A stretch of 64,000 nt of DNA from Anaerolineae bacterium (GTDB lineage: Bacteria > Chloroflexota > Anaerolineae > UBA1429): assembly GCA_963675785.1 (NCBI GenBank), contig OY776562.1:1678893-1742892 (forward strand). The letters run 5' to 3'. Shown here in pieces: positions 9,282-17,913 of this stretch. The translations under genes were made by a program, and so were the position numbers. How positions within the stretch are numbered: position 1 is the first letter of the stretch; the number at the start of each line of letters is the position of its first letter. A model generated the notes under the pieces. That model did no database searches. It saw nothing but the letters and a program-made list of their open reading frames with translations, and was not told where the DNA came from.

Positions 9282-9398
9282 TATACCCTTCCTGTGTATG
9301 GTTGGATAAAGCATATTAGATGACTATAGTATAAGGAATAAATGTTCGTGAAATGTTAAGAGTCAATCAGGATGTTGCATAGTTAAAGCTGTTCTTAC

Positions 9399-9445
9399 AG
9401 AGCATCTCCGGGAGGGCAACCAGAGGTTGTTCCCGGAGATGCTCT
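9399..9445. promoter_or_regulatory. Perfect 15-bp inverted repeat (AGAGCATCTCCGGGA…TCCCGGAGATGCTCT) with 17-nt spacer: candidate operator or structured RNA element between the anti-sigma gene and the hydrogenase operon
   Basis: Read directly from the sequence. No convincing U-tract on either side, so it is not a classical intrinsic terminator. Confidence 0.4.
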
Positions 9446-9494
9446 ATTTACTGCTGTGAATCAAGGGACAAGGTGCAGAATGAGCACATCCTCA

Positions 9495-9782
9495 TCAGAG
9501 GGTTTGGAGGGCGACGAGCAATGCGGTAAATTCCCTGCGGCAATCCGGGCAGGAAGCCAGATGCTGCGCCACTCGCGGCATAGCCTCGTCCGCCGAGAGC
9601 CCAGCCAATGTGAGTTCCGCATAGCGATCGACTTGTGCCAAACATTCGTCGCAGGTCAGCTCGTCGTTTGGGGTTTCCAAACACCGCCTAACAAGGTTCT
9701 TGAGTGCGTCCAAATCCATCTGCCCTATCTCCCCTATGTCATCAACGATAGGGTCAGAGGCGAAATTCTTACGAAAAACCAT
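9495..9782 (-). CDS. Zinc-binding anti-sigma factor (ZAS/zf-HC2 type, RsrA-like), cytoplasmic
   Basis: 95 aa, no TM segment; CDEC…HLASCPDC gives a C…HxxxCxxC arrangement like RsrA. Overlaps the ECF sigma gene by 14 nt. Confidence 0.65.
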   Translation of the reverse strand: MVFRKNFASDPIVDDIGEIGQMDLDALKNLVRRCLETPNDELTCDECLAQVDRYAELTLAGLSADEAMPRVAQHLASCPDCRREFTALLVALQTL

Positions 9783-10425
9783 TCAGGATTTCCTCAGCCG
9801 ATATCCCCGTGGCCAGCAGTGTATCGCGCAGCTTGACCCGAGCGTCATGGACAAGTTTATACAGAGCATTGCTGTTGGTATCCATACTTGCCGCCACCTC
9901 GGCAACGGGAATACCCTGCAAATGTACAGCCAAAAGCGCTTCACGCTGGCGCGGTGAAAGCTCTTTCAGAGCCTGGCCTAATGTATTGAGTAGATCATCC
10001 TGTACAGTGCGCTGCTCCGGATCAGGGGTCGAAATGCTCAAACGGGCAATGAGCGCCGGAAAATCATCACTCCGTTCGGCCTCTAGCGGAACATCGCGCC
10101 AACGCATACGGCGCAGCTCGCTATAGACGGCGTGCACGGTTATCTTGGTCGCCCAGGTGGTAAAACGCGCCTCGCCGCGATAGGTATCAATGTGTTCGAT
10201 GATGCGCAACAACGAATCCTGTATCAAGTCTTCGAGGTCGGCTTCGGTAAGGGGTGTATTGGCAAAAGCCCTGATCATGCCCCGCAACAAAATGACACGC
10301 AGATCCTGAATGGCCATAGCTTGCTGAGGTACACCAGCCTTGAGTTCGGCCACCCAGTCCGCATCGCTCCGTTCCGGCATTGAACCGGCTTCGAGGGACG
10401 CCCTCTGCATGTCATCCCTTTCCAT
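9769..10425 (-). CDS. ECF-type RNA polymerase sigma-70 factor
   Basis: Sigma-70 region 2-like (DLIQDSLLRIIEHIDTY…FTTWATKIT) and region 4-like (LSPRQREALLAVHLQGIPVAEVA) segments. Confidence 0.8.
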   Translation of the reverse strand: MERDDMQRASLEAGSMPERSDADWVAELKAGVPQQAMAIQDLRVILLRGMIRAFANTPLTEADLEDLIQDSLLRIIEHIDTYRGEARFTTWATKITVHAVYSELRRMRWRDVPLEAERSDDFPALIARLSISTPDPEQRTVQDDLLNTLGQALKELSPRQREALLAVHLQGIPVAEVAASMDTNSNALYKLVHDARVKLRDTLLATGISAEEILNGFS

Positions 10426-10433
10426 TTCGCTGC

Positions 10434-11690
10434 CTACTTGCCATCGAGTTCAAGGCGCTTGAAACCACCAAAAGGCATAAAGATCGTCTCTCCCGGTGTG
10501 GTTTTCAGGCTGGCACGCAACGGTGTCTTTTCACAAATACCCGCCATGGCGCTGAGCTGTGTCTTTTTGCAGTCACTGGCCTTTTGCAAACCCTTGACCT
10601 GCGCCTTTTTCAAGCCTTCTATGACCAGTTCGCCATCAGGCAGATTGCGAGCACGCAGTGTCGGGGTTTCCGGCGCCACATCCAGAGCAGCATCACGCAC
10701 AAAATCAGCAATGAGTAGATCATCCGAGGCCGTCTCCAGCACGATGAGCGGGTTGGCGTTATTGCTGGCCTTCCAAGTGTGCACATCACGGATAGAGACG
10801 CGAGTGACTGCGCCAACACCATTGGCCACCGCAGGATCGTCGGGATCAAAGATGGGCGTTGCGCAATAGCGGGCAGCGTCCATATTGATGGCATGGCAGT
10901 TCACGCCGCCGCTCAAGTTGGAGATACGCACATCCTCGATGGGGGCATTGACGCTGAGTAAGCGAACCAACGTATGGCAACGCTGCACTTGAACGTCATC
11001 CACCTGAATGCGACGGATGGGACCGCGATCCATGCCCAGATTGAGCACGCGGGTGACACAATCATCGGCATTGAACGCCAATACGTCATCGTTAGGCACC
11101 GAGGGCCCATAAGCTCGCAAGTGGCGGATGACGCCGTCTTCACAATAGCCACCAAGATGAATGCCATCATGGTTGGGGCGCACATGCGGCGCCTCAAAAG
11201 TGATGCCCTCGATGGTAAAATTACTCACATGCCCCAGGCGAACAAAAAAAGCCTCGGGGTCACGCAGGGTCATGTTACGCAACCTAAAGTTTTGTGCCTC
11301 AAAAAAGTTGATGAGCGTGCCGGTATAGCTGCCTGGCTTTTCGGGGCCGCGCGGGTTTCCGGGGTTGTTGCCATCCCAAATGCCGCCTTCAATCGTAAAG
11401 CCCACCGCATCCCGCTCGTTGGTCAGCAAAAAGCTGTCGCTATCTACGCCGGCGCCATCCGCCATGTAGAGTCGGGCCAGCGGATGCACCACCAAGCGAG
11501 TGTTAGAAGCCACACGCAGGGTTTTGCCGATGCAGTACGTACCGTAAGGGATGGTTACCAACGGCTCGCCCGAATCCAAGGCCCTTTGGATCGCCGCGCT
11601 GTCGTCAGCCTCACCATTGCCCACGGCACCCATATCCAGCACATTGATGCCAAAGGTTTCGTTGCTCATTACATCGTCCCAATCTGCCAT
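10434..11690 (-). CDS. Right-handed beta-helix protein of the pectate-lyase superfamily (GH28/GH55-like glycosidase)
   Basis: N-terminal INVLDMGAVGNGEADDSAAIQRALDSG matches the Pectate_lyase_3 signature; the rest has repeated beta-helix-like turns. Confidence 0.65.
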   Translation of the reverse strand: MADWDDVMSNETFGINVLDMGAVGNGEADDSAAIQRALDSGEPLVTIPYGTYCIGKTLRVASNTRLVVHPLARLYMADGAGVDSDSFLLTNERDAVGFTIEGGIWDGNNPGNPRGPEKPGSYTGTLINFFEAQNFRLRNMTLRDPEAFFVRLGHVSNFTIEGITFEAPHVRPNHDGIHLGGYCEDGVIRHLRAYGPSVPNDDVLAFNADDCVTRVLNLGMDRGPIRRIQVDDVQVQRCHTLVRLLSVNAPIEDVRISNLSGGVNCHAINMDAARYCATPIFDPDDPAVANGVGAVTRVSIRDVHTWKASNNANPLIVLETASDDLLIADFVRDAALDVAPETPTLRARNLPDGELVIEGLKKAQVKGLQKASDCKKTQLSAMAGICEKTPLRASLKTTPGETIFMPFGGFKRLELDGK

Positions 11691-11726
11691 GATGTCTCTC
11701 CTGATTGCTTCAATCTGTTAGCAAAG

Positions 11727-12710
11727 CTATTCCAGCAAGAATGCTTCCAACTGCCGCACTCCCCGCCTCTCTAATTCGCCGGCGCGACGCAGTCGTCCAG
11801 CCAGCGCAATGCGCACCTCTTCTGGAGGGCACTTTTCTGTCGAAAACGCCTGCCAGATCGGCAGCAGCTCTTTTGCCAGGTGGGCATAGGTTTCGGCAGC
11901 ATCGGCCAGTGCGGGGTATTCTCCAATCAAAAGGCGCAGATAGTCGCGAGCATAGCAGCGCGCCCCTACCCACTGGGCCGCATAATAGGCAGACCAATCC
12001 CAATTGACCGAGCCCTCATAGTCTGGCTCGATGGTATTGGCCCACTGAGTATAAGCGGGCAGTCCGTTCACGTAATCCGGCAGTTCCATCCGCTCACGCT
12101 CAGAAGCATGGTCAACAGCAATTTGCAGCGAGCGGCGTACAACCTCCTTTCGGGAGCGTCCATTGGGCTCGCCAACAACGGTGACCGATAGAAGAGAAGG
12201 ATCGGTTCCGCGATTGCCCAGTTTTTCACAGGGCAGGGTGCCCAGTTCACCAGTGCAAGAGATGAACTCGTAGACACGAGCGACGGCATCATAGCCGACA
12301 ATTAACTCCCATTCGGGGATGGACATATCCCAGGAAATGGCGGGGATACCCCGCTCCAAACCTTCAAGAATGGCAACATGAGCCCGTTGCTGGCGTTCGG
12401 ATTGCAATTCATCTTCCCACCACATGCGACTCACATACGTACAGCCATGGCCCAGTTGGGCGACAGACTCTGTGAGCTGATCTGCCCAATCGAACACAGA
12501 GATGGCACTCGGGCACAAGTCCTTGTGGACATTGATGCGAAAGGCCCAGCCACTTGCCCCCATGAGCCAAGCGGGGGCGTAATCCTCACCAAGGACACGC
12601 AGTACAGCGCCAAGAGATGCCATATAGGTGTTCCACAGGCCGGGCTCACCTTTTGCTACAGCCGCCGAGTCTATATACCACGCGACGTCGCCAACATGAA
12701 GGCTTTCCAT
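11727..12710 (-). CDS. Hypothetical protein
   Basis: 327-aa ORF with plausible codon usage; no recognisable motif. Confidence 0.45.
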   Translation of the reverse strand: MESLHVGDVAWYIDSAAVAKGEPGLWNTYMASLGAVLRVLGEDYAPAWLMGASGWAFRINVHKDLCPSAISVFDWADQLTESVAQLGHGCTYVSRMWWEDELQSERQQRAHVAILEGLERGIPAISWDMSIPEWELIVGYDAVARVYEFISCTGELGTLPCEKLGNRGTDPSLLSVTVVGEPNGRSRKEVVRRSLQIAVDHASERERMELPDYVNGLPAYTQWANTIEPDYEGSVNWDWSAYYAAQWVGARCYARDYLRLLIGEYPALADAAETYAHLAKELLPIWQAFSTEKCPPEEVRIALAGRLRRAGELERRGVRQLEAFLLE

Positions 12711-12811
12711 TCGGGCCCTCCGTTCGTTATATAACTATGTTAGCCTCTGACACAGGCGGGGTCAATAGCTCATTCGCACAAAGACGATCAGCAAGGGCAG
12801 AGTGGCTGTAG

Positions 12812-12841
12812 TTGGCAATCTACCGGCTCTTGTGGTATACT
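12812..12841 (+). promoter_or_regulatory. Candidate sigma-70 promoter (TTGGCA-N18-TATACT) for the bS22-like gene
   Basis: Hexamers read from the sequence about 45 nt upstream of GTG 12885. Confidence 0.35.
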
Positions 12842-12884
12842 ATCTAACCGTAGAGGGAGTTAACCGCAGTTCAGGAGGCTATAC

Positions 12885-12977
12885 GTGGGCAGCGTTATCA
12901 AGAAGCGTCGCAAAAAGATTGCTCGGCACAAGTACCGCAAGATGCTTCGCAAGCAGCGTTTCCAGCGCCGCAAGTAG
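12885..12977 (+). CDS. Small ribosomal-protein-like basic peptide, bS22 family (30 aa)
   Basis: GTG start preceded by AGGAGG (6-nt spacing). Product VGSVIKKRRKKIARHKYRKMLRKQRFQRRK closely resembles the conserved bS22 peptide (MGSVIKKRRKRM…HRKLL…RRK). Missed by the ORF track, which has a 60-aa minimum. Confidence 0.6.
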   Translation: MGSVIKKRRKKIARHKYRKMLRKQRFQRRK

Positions 12978-13052
12978 CAATAGCGTTCGAGTATATACGC
13001 CCCCAGGCGTTGCGGGTGCGCACAAAGCGCACCCGCCTTTTTGCTAGTAGGG

Positions 13053-13088
13053 ATGCCGCAGGCTGACAAGCTTGCGGCATTTGCTTTG
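13053..13088 (+). terminator. Hairpin (ATGCCGCA…TGCGGCAT) plus T-run; probable terminator for the bS22-like gene
   Basis: 8-bp stem, 12-nt loop, followed by TTGCTTTGG. Confidence 0.4.
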
Positions 13089-13089
13089 G

Positions 13090-14352
13090 CTAAAGCGCAC
13101 CGTATTCACGAACGGCATCAAACAGCGCCACAAGGTTCTCTGTGGGTATGCCCGATTGGATGTTGTGCACGGCGTCAAAGATGAACCCCCCGCCGGGCGA
13201 TAGAATCTCGATTTGCTGGCGTACGTGCTCGCGAATCTCCTCCGGCGTGCCAAAAGGCAACACCCACTGTGTATCGATGCCCCCGCCCCAAAACACCAGC
13301 TTGTCTCCCCAGCGCTCTTTGAGCGCCGTCGGGTCCATCCCCTCGGCAGCAATCTGCACTGGATTGACGATATCCACCCCGGCATCGATCAAGTCATCGT
13401 ACAACTTGACCATGGAGCCGCACGTGTGGAAAAAGGTCTTCCAGGTAGTGTGGGCGTGAATCCAATCGTTGATGGCCTTGTGATTAGGCTGGTACAGCTT
13501 GCGATACGCTCGCGGCGAGATGAAGGGGCCGTTCTGGGTGCCAAAATCGGTGCCGCTGACAAAGACGGCGCAAATGCGCTCGCCCACCGCCTGGTGATAC
13601 ATTTCTAGATTCTTTAAGCAGATTTCGCGCTGTAAAGCATAAATCTCTTGCACGTAATCCGGATAAAGCAGCGAAGCCATGTACCAATCAGCCACCTTAC
13701 GAATGCCGTGGGGTTGCTTCACATGAGGAGCCGGCACATAAGCGATATCCCCAAAAGAACCCTGGCCCCAATTACCGATGATAGCCTTGTCCGTGCCCTC
13801 ATACAGAGCACGACTGCGTTCCTCCAGCAGGCGCAGTTCATCCTCAGTGTAGAGAGCATACATCTCATCCACCCAGGCCTGTGGGTCTAGCTCCTCGGGT
13901 TTGAAATCCAGTTGACGCTCAATGGAATCATGATAGTAACCATCGACGGGCATACGGGCTGAAGGCGACGCCATGCGGTCTCCTTGAGGGTATTGGTAGA
14001 GATAGCCATCAGCCGCCGGCTCGGTGTTATAGAGGCCGGGCACCAGCACCGGGGTGCCATCAAAGAGCCGCCAGGGTTTCCAATCGGTCGCCGGAAAACC
14101 GTAAAAGGTGCCGTCGTCGCGCAAGCCCAATACATCGATGCCCAGCGCCTCGATCACATCCTCTTCAACCAAGCCCAGCATCTGGTAGGGCTCAAACACC
14201 TTGACCTGACGTTCCTCCAGACCTAGCGCGGCCCGCAGTTTGTACAAAGACGAGGCTGTAATGCCGGTAACATTGGTGGACCCCAAGTCCAAAGGAACGC
14301 GATCCGGCTGCCGATGGTCAAGAGCAGCCATAACCCGTTCGCGAGCTCTCAT
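13090..14352 (-). CDS. Uroporphyrinogen-decarboxylase (URO-D/MtaA) family protein, paralog 1
   Basis: 420 aa; URO-D-like C-terminal region (…FHTCGSM…GGGFIFDAVHNIQ…). Confidence 0.7.
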   Translation of the reverse strand: MRARERVMAALDHRQPDRVPLDLGSTNVTGITASSLYKLRAALGLEERQVKVFEPYQMLGLVEEDVIEALGIDVLGLRDDGTFYGFPATDWKPWRLFDGTPVLVPGLYNTEPAADGYLYQYPQGDRMASPSARMPVDGYYHDSIERQLDFKPEELDPQAWVDEMYALYTEDELRLLEERSRALYEGTDKAIIGNWGQGSFGDIAYVPAPHVKQPHGIRKVADWYMASLLYPDYVQEIYALQREICLKNLEMYHQAVGERICAVFVSGTDFGTQNGPFISPRAYRKLYQPNHKAINDWIHAHTTWKTFFHTCGSMVKLYDDLIDAGVDIVNPVQIAAEGMDPTALKERWGDKLVFWGGGIDTQWVLPFGTPEEIREHVRQQIEILSPGGGFIFDAVHNIQSGIPTENLVALFDAVREYGAL

Positions 14353-14541
14353 AGCGATTCTCCTTGCAAGAAATGACCTGGCTGCATTCTAGCCACCGCC
14401 CTCATCAGCCGCAACCACAACGAGACTGTCTCATTCATCTACACCTAGCCTTGCCCTTGACACCCCACTCGACCGGGGGCACACTCTGGCCAAAGATGTA
14501 TGCAGCAAAGCAGTATGTAATCCGTAGGAGGGTTGGCAGAG

Positions 14542-15546
14542 ATGAAAATTGGCGTACGCACGGATAATGGCGCCGAGGAACGCCTGGTGCTGGCCGAGCA
14601 AATCGGAGCCCACGGCGGCAGCATTTGGGCGGATAACGCCTTACCCGGCTTTTATGAGACCAATGTGGCAAACATAGACGGTATCAAGCGCATTCGCGAG
14701 CGCTTTGAAGCCCACAACTTGAACATCACAGGCATCGGCATTGGCGGACGTGCCCTCAAGAATCAACTGTTGGGCCTACCCGAGCGCGACCGCGACATCG
14801 ACGCCATCTGCGAGACGGTGCGACGCATTGGCCAGGTGTATGCTGACAAGGCGCCCGCCGAAAGCCCGGTGATCATTATGGACCAGCGCATCACCTATTG
14901 GGCCAGCGAGGGTTGGAAGGGTTCAGCGCGCGTTCCCGGTCGCGGCGGGGTGCTGCTTTACGACTTTCACGCCTCACGCGATGCCGATCAAACCGACGCT
15001 CCTGCTGGTCAGGTGCCCCTGGAAGAGACCTGGGCACGCATCGATTACCTGTACGATCGTCTGGTGCCGGTCGCCGAAGAAGCGGGCATTCGCCTGGCTA
15101 CCCATCCCGACGATCCGCCCTTGTACGTTTACCGCGGGGCGGCGCAGGCACTCAACAGCCTGGCGGGGTTCAAGCGCCTCTTTGATTCACATCCCAGCCC
15201 TATGAACGGCATGTTGCTCTGCCTGGGCTGTATGCAAGAGGCCAACGAGGACGTGATTGAGGTCATTCGCGATATGGGCGAGCGGAACAAGATCTTTTAC
15301 GTGCATTTCCGCAATGTCCGTGGCACCGTACGCGACGAAAAGAACCCCGGCTATACCGAGGTCTTCCCCAACGAGGGGGATATGGACATGGTAGCAGCCC
15401 TCAAAACCTTCTGGCAAGTGGGCTATGATGGTGTGCTGGTTCCTGATCACCATTTTGGCTTTGAAGGCGACGACGAGTGGTCATCCATCAGCCGAGCCTG
15501 GCAAGTGGGCTATATCAGCGGCCTGATCCAAGCTACAAAATCCTGA
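14542..15546 (+). CDS. uxuA: D-mannonate dehydratase (UxuA family) or close homolog
   Basis: YVHFRNVRG motif and TIM-barrel sugar-acid dehydratase-like sequence. ATG 14542 with AGGAGG upstream; the ORF track begins at a TTG at 14533. Confidence 0.7.
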   Translation: MKIGVRTDNGAEERLVLAEQIGAHGGSIWADNALPGFYETNVANIDGIKRIRERFEAHNLNITGIGIGGRALKNQLLGLPERDRDIDAICETVRRIGQVYADKAPAESPVIIMDQRITYWASEGWKGSARVPGRGGVLLYDFHASRDADQTDAPAGQVPLEETWARIDYLYDRLVPVAEEAGIRLATHPDDPPLYVYRGAAQALNSLAGFKRLFDSHPSPMNGMLLCLGCMQEANEDVIEVIRDMGERNKIFYVHFRNVRGTVRDEKNPGYTEVFPNEGDMDMVAALKTFWQVGYDGVLVPDHHFGFEGDDEWSSISRAWQVGYISGLIQATKS

Positions 15547-15606
15547 TCATCATCTCGCGAAGCAAAGACACCCTTGTGAACAAGTCATCAATCGGAGGCA
15601 TATCTT

Positions 15607-16767
15607 ATGATCCGTGTGGCAATTATTGGTACTGGCAACATCTCAACAGCGCACATCCGCGCCTATCTGGCATTCCCCGAACGCTGCAAGATCGTCGCCT
15701 TGGCCGACATCTACCCAGAAAAAGCTCAAGCTAAAGCGGAGCAGTTCGGGCTGGATGTAAAAGTGGTCGATTCGCACGAAAAGCTGCTGGGGAGATCCGA
15801 TATCGACCTGGTCAGCGTATGCACGCCGCCCTACTGCCACGCCGAAATCGGTATCGATTTCTTGAATGATGGCAAGAACGTTATCATCGAAAAGCCCATG
15901 GCCGCCTCACTAGAGGAATGCGATCGCATTCTGGAGGCCGAAAAGCAGAGCGGACGTGTCCTCGCCATCATCGCCCAAAACCGTTTTCGAGACCCCATCA
16001 TGAACTTGAAGACTGTGCTGGATAGCGGCATGATCGGCCGGGTGCTCCACGCCCAAGTGGATTCCTTTTGGTGGCGCGGCCACTGCTATTACGACCTGTG
16101 GTGGCGCGGAACGTGGGAAAAAGAAGGCGGCGGTTGCACACTGAATCATGCCGTGCACCACATCGACATGCTCAGCTGGATGATGGGCTTACCCAAACAG
16201 GTGATGGCCACGCTCAGCAATGCCGCTCATGACAATGCCGAGATCGAGGATATCTCGGTGGCCGTGCTGCAGTACGATAAGGGTACCCTGGCTCAGGTTA
16301 CCAGCTCGGTCATTCACCACGGCGAAGAACAGCAAGTCATCTTTCAGGGCGAAAAGGCGCGCATCTCGGCACCCTGGAAGGTCTATGCCTCGCTCTCCAA
16401 GCCCAACGGCTTTCCCGAACGCAACACGGCATTGGAAAAGGAAATACAGGCCTTCTATGATGCTCTGCCCCATCTGGAGCACATTGGCCACGAGGGCGAG
16501 ATCGACAACGTGCTCACGGCTATTGAGACGGGCAGCCGGCCACTGGTTACCGGCGAGAGCGGCCGCGACACCATCGAGCTAATCACCGCCATCTACAAAG
16601 CAGGCTTTGCTGGCAGAGTAGTCGACCTGCCGCTGACCAAGGATGATCCTTTTTATACGGTAGAGGGCATCCAAAAGAACGTGCGCCACTTTTATGAAAA
16701 GTCCGCCTCGGTGGAGAATTTTGCCGATTCCGAAATTACCGTGGGCAGCGATTACAAAAAGAGCTAA
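15607..16767 (+). CDS. Gfo/Idh/MocA-family NAD(P)-dependent oxidoreductase
   Basis: N-terminal Rossmann IRVAIIGTGNISTAH plus the family's typical C-terminal domain. Confidence 0.85.
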   Translation: MIRVAIIGTGNISTAHIRAYLAFPERCKIVALADIYPEKAQAKAEQFGLDVKVVDSHEKLLGRSDIDLVSVCTPPYCHAEIGIDFLNDGKNVIIEKPMAASLEECDRILEAEKQSGRVLAIIAQNRFRDPIMNLKTVLDSGMIGRVLHAQVDSFWWRGHCYYDLWWRGTWEKEGGGCTLNHAVHHIDMLSWMMGLPKQVMATLSNAAHDNAEIEDISVAVLQYDKGTLAQVTSSVIHHGEEQQVIFQGEKARISAPWKVYASLSKPNGFPERNTALEKEIQAFYDALPHLEHIGHEGEIDNVLTAIETGSRPLVTGESGRDTIELITAIYKAGFAGRVVDLPLTKDDPFYTVEGIQKNVRHFYEKSASVENFADSEITVGSDYKKS

Positions 16768-16785
16768 TCCATACGGCTGGAACTA

Positions 16786-16824
16786 AAAGGCGACGGATAT
16801 TCTCAGGATATCCGTCGCCTTTTA
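16786..16824. terminator. Bidirectional rho-independent terminator (AAAAGGCGACGGATAT-tctc-AGGATATCCGTCGCCTTTT) between convergent genes
   Basis: Perfect 15-bp stem with A-run and T-run flanks. Confidence 0.8.
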
Positions 16825-16847
16825 GATATTATGACAAGTTAATTGAT

Positions 16848-17303
16848 CTAGAAATACTCGGTCATCAATCGTCCCACCCATTCGGGCACCGTCGCTTCTG
16901 GTCTGCAATCATACACAGGGAAATAGGGCTTGATATCGATAAGCGGCGTGCCATTGATGGCATCCAACCCTTTGACGGTGACCACATTGCCAGAGACATT
17001 CAACAGCTCGACCGCGGTAACGCCCACGGGATTCGGGCGATCCTTGGCCCGCTGAGCCAGAATGCCGACAAAGGGCATATCCTCTCGCCCCTGCGGCCTG
17101 CGCACCATGTGTCTCTCAGTCTCGAAATGGGCCTCATGAAGGTAATAGACCACCAAAATGTGGGAGAACTCGGAAAGCCCCGTCAAGCCAGCCTCATACT
17201 GAGGGTCAAGCACTAGCAAGCTCACATCATCGCCCCAGCCAGTGTCCTTTTTTTCGTTGATTCCGTTCTCCACATGGCCGATTGATTCCAGTTGGATGAT
17301 CAT
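16848..17303 (-). CDS. TsaA/TrmO-like (YaeB family) SAM-dependent tRNA methyltransferase
   Basis: PNPVGVT and LDAINGTPLIDIKPY motifs. Start moved to ATG 17303 (MIIQLESIGHV), which has AGGGAG 5 nt upstream; the ORF-track start is 17318. Confidence 0.7.
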   Translation of the reverse strand: MIIQLESIGHVENGINEKKDTGWGDDVSLLVLDPQYEAGLTGLSEFSHILVVYYLHEAHFETERHMVRRPQGREDMPFVGILAQRAKDRPNPVGVTAVELLNVSGNVVTVKGLDAINGTPLIDIKPYFPVYDCRPEATVPEWVGRLMTEYF

Positions 17304-17333
17304 AGAGTCTCCCTGCATAGCAAACGCACTCGC

Positions 17334-17795
17334 CTAGCACGATGTATCATAGTAAACCACAATAGCTGTACCCTGCTCGAAATCCAGGAATTTGCGGTAC
17401 GGCTGGCCTTTTTCATAACACCACAGCGTGATCAGGCGAGGCGATATCTCGATGAGTACCTCGTTGGCCATGTGGGTGTACTTGGCAAATGAATCTGGAT
17501 AGTGCACCTCAAAAAGCCGCGCGAAAAAGGCATTTTTCTCGGCAAGTGGGTGACCCAAGATACGGCACTGTCCCTCAATCTGGATATTATTCACACACAA
17601 AGCTGCCCTGGGGTTCTCGGCAATCTGGGCATATTTGGTAAACGCCTTGTCTGTCTGCAGGTAAAAGCGCTGATTCGAGATGATACAGCTCATCATGCGA
17701 GCAGTCGGACGATTTTGTGAGCATGTCGCCAGGGCCATTTTTGGGCTCTCGCCTAATGATTCGAACAAAGCATCCCATTCTTGGATGAAATCCAT
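17334..17795 (-). CDS. Pyridoxamine 5'-phosphate oxidase-like FMN-binding split-barrel protein
   Basis: 153 aa; PNPOx-like N-terminal pattern (…ALATCSQNRPTARMMS…). Confidence 0.6.
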   Translation of the reverse strand: MDFIQEWDALFESLGESPKMALATCSQNRPTARMMSCIISNQRFYLQTDKAFTKYAQIAENPRAALCVNNIQIEGQCRILGHPLAEKNAFFARLFEVHYPDSFAKYTHMANEVLIEISPRLITLWCYEKGQPYRKFLDFEQGTAIVVYYDTSC

Positions 17796-17913
17796 GCTCC
17801 CCTGCCCTCGTGTATGATCTTCCTACGCTTGACTACTCTCAATATCAACCGTAGCAACGCCCCGCTTTGCAGCGGGGCGTTGGGGTATTGCATCAGAACA
17901 GGCATACTGCCCG

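Noticed and set aside
10974-11774. 266-aa plus-strand ORF antisense to the pectate-lyase-fold gene
   Set aside because: Antisense shadow ORF with no motif; the sense strand has the Pectate_lyase_3 signature.
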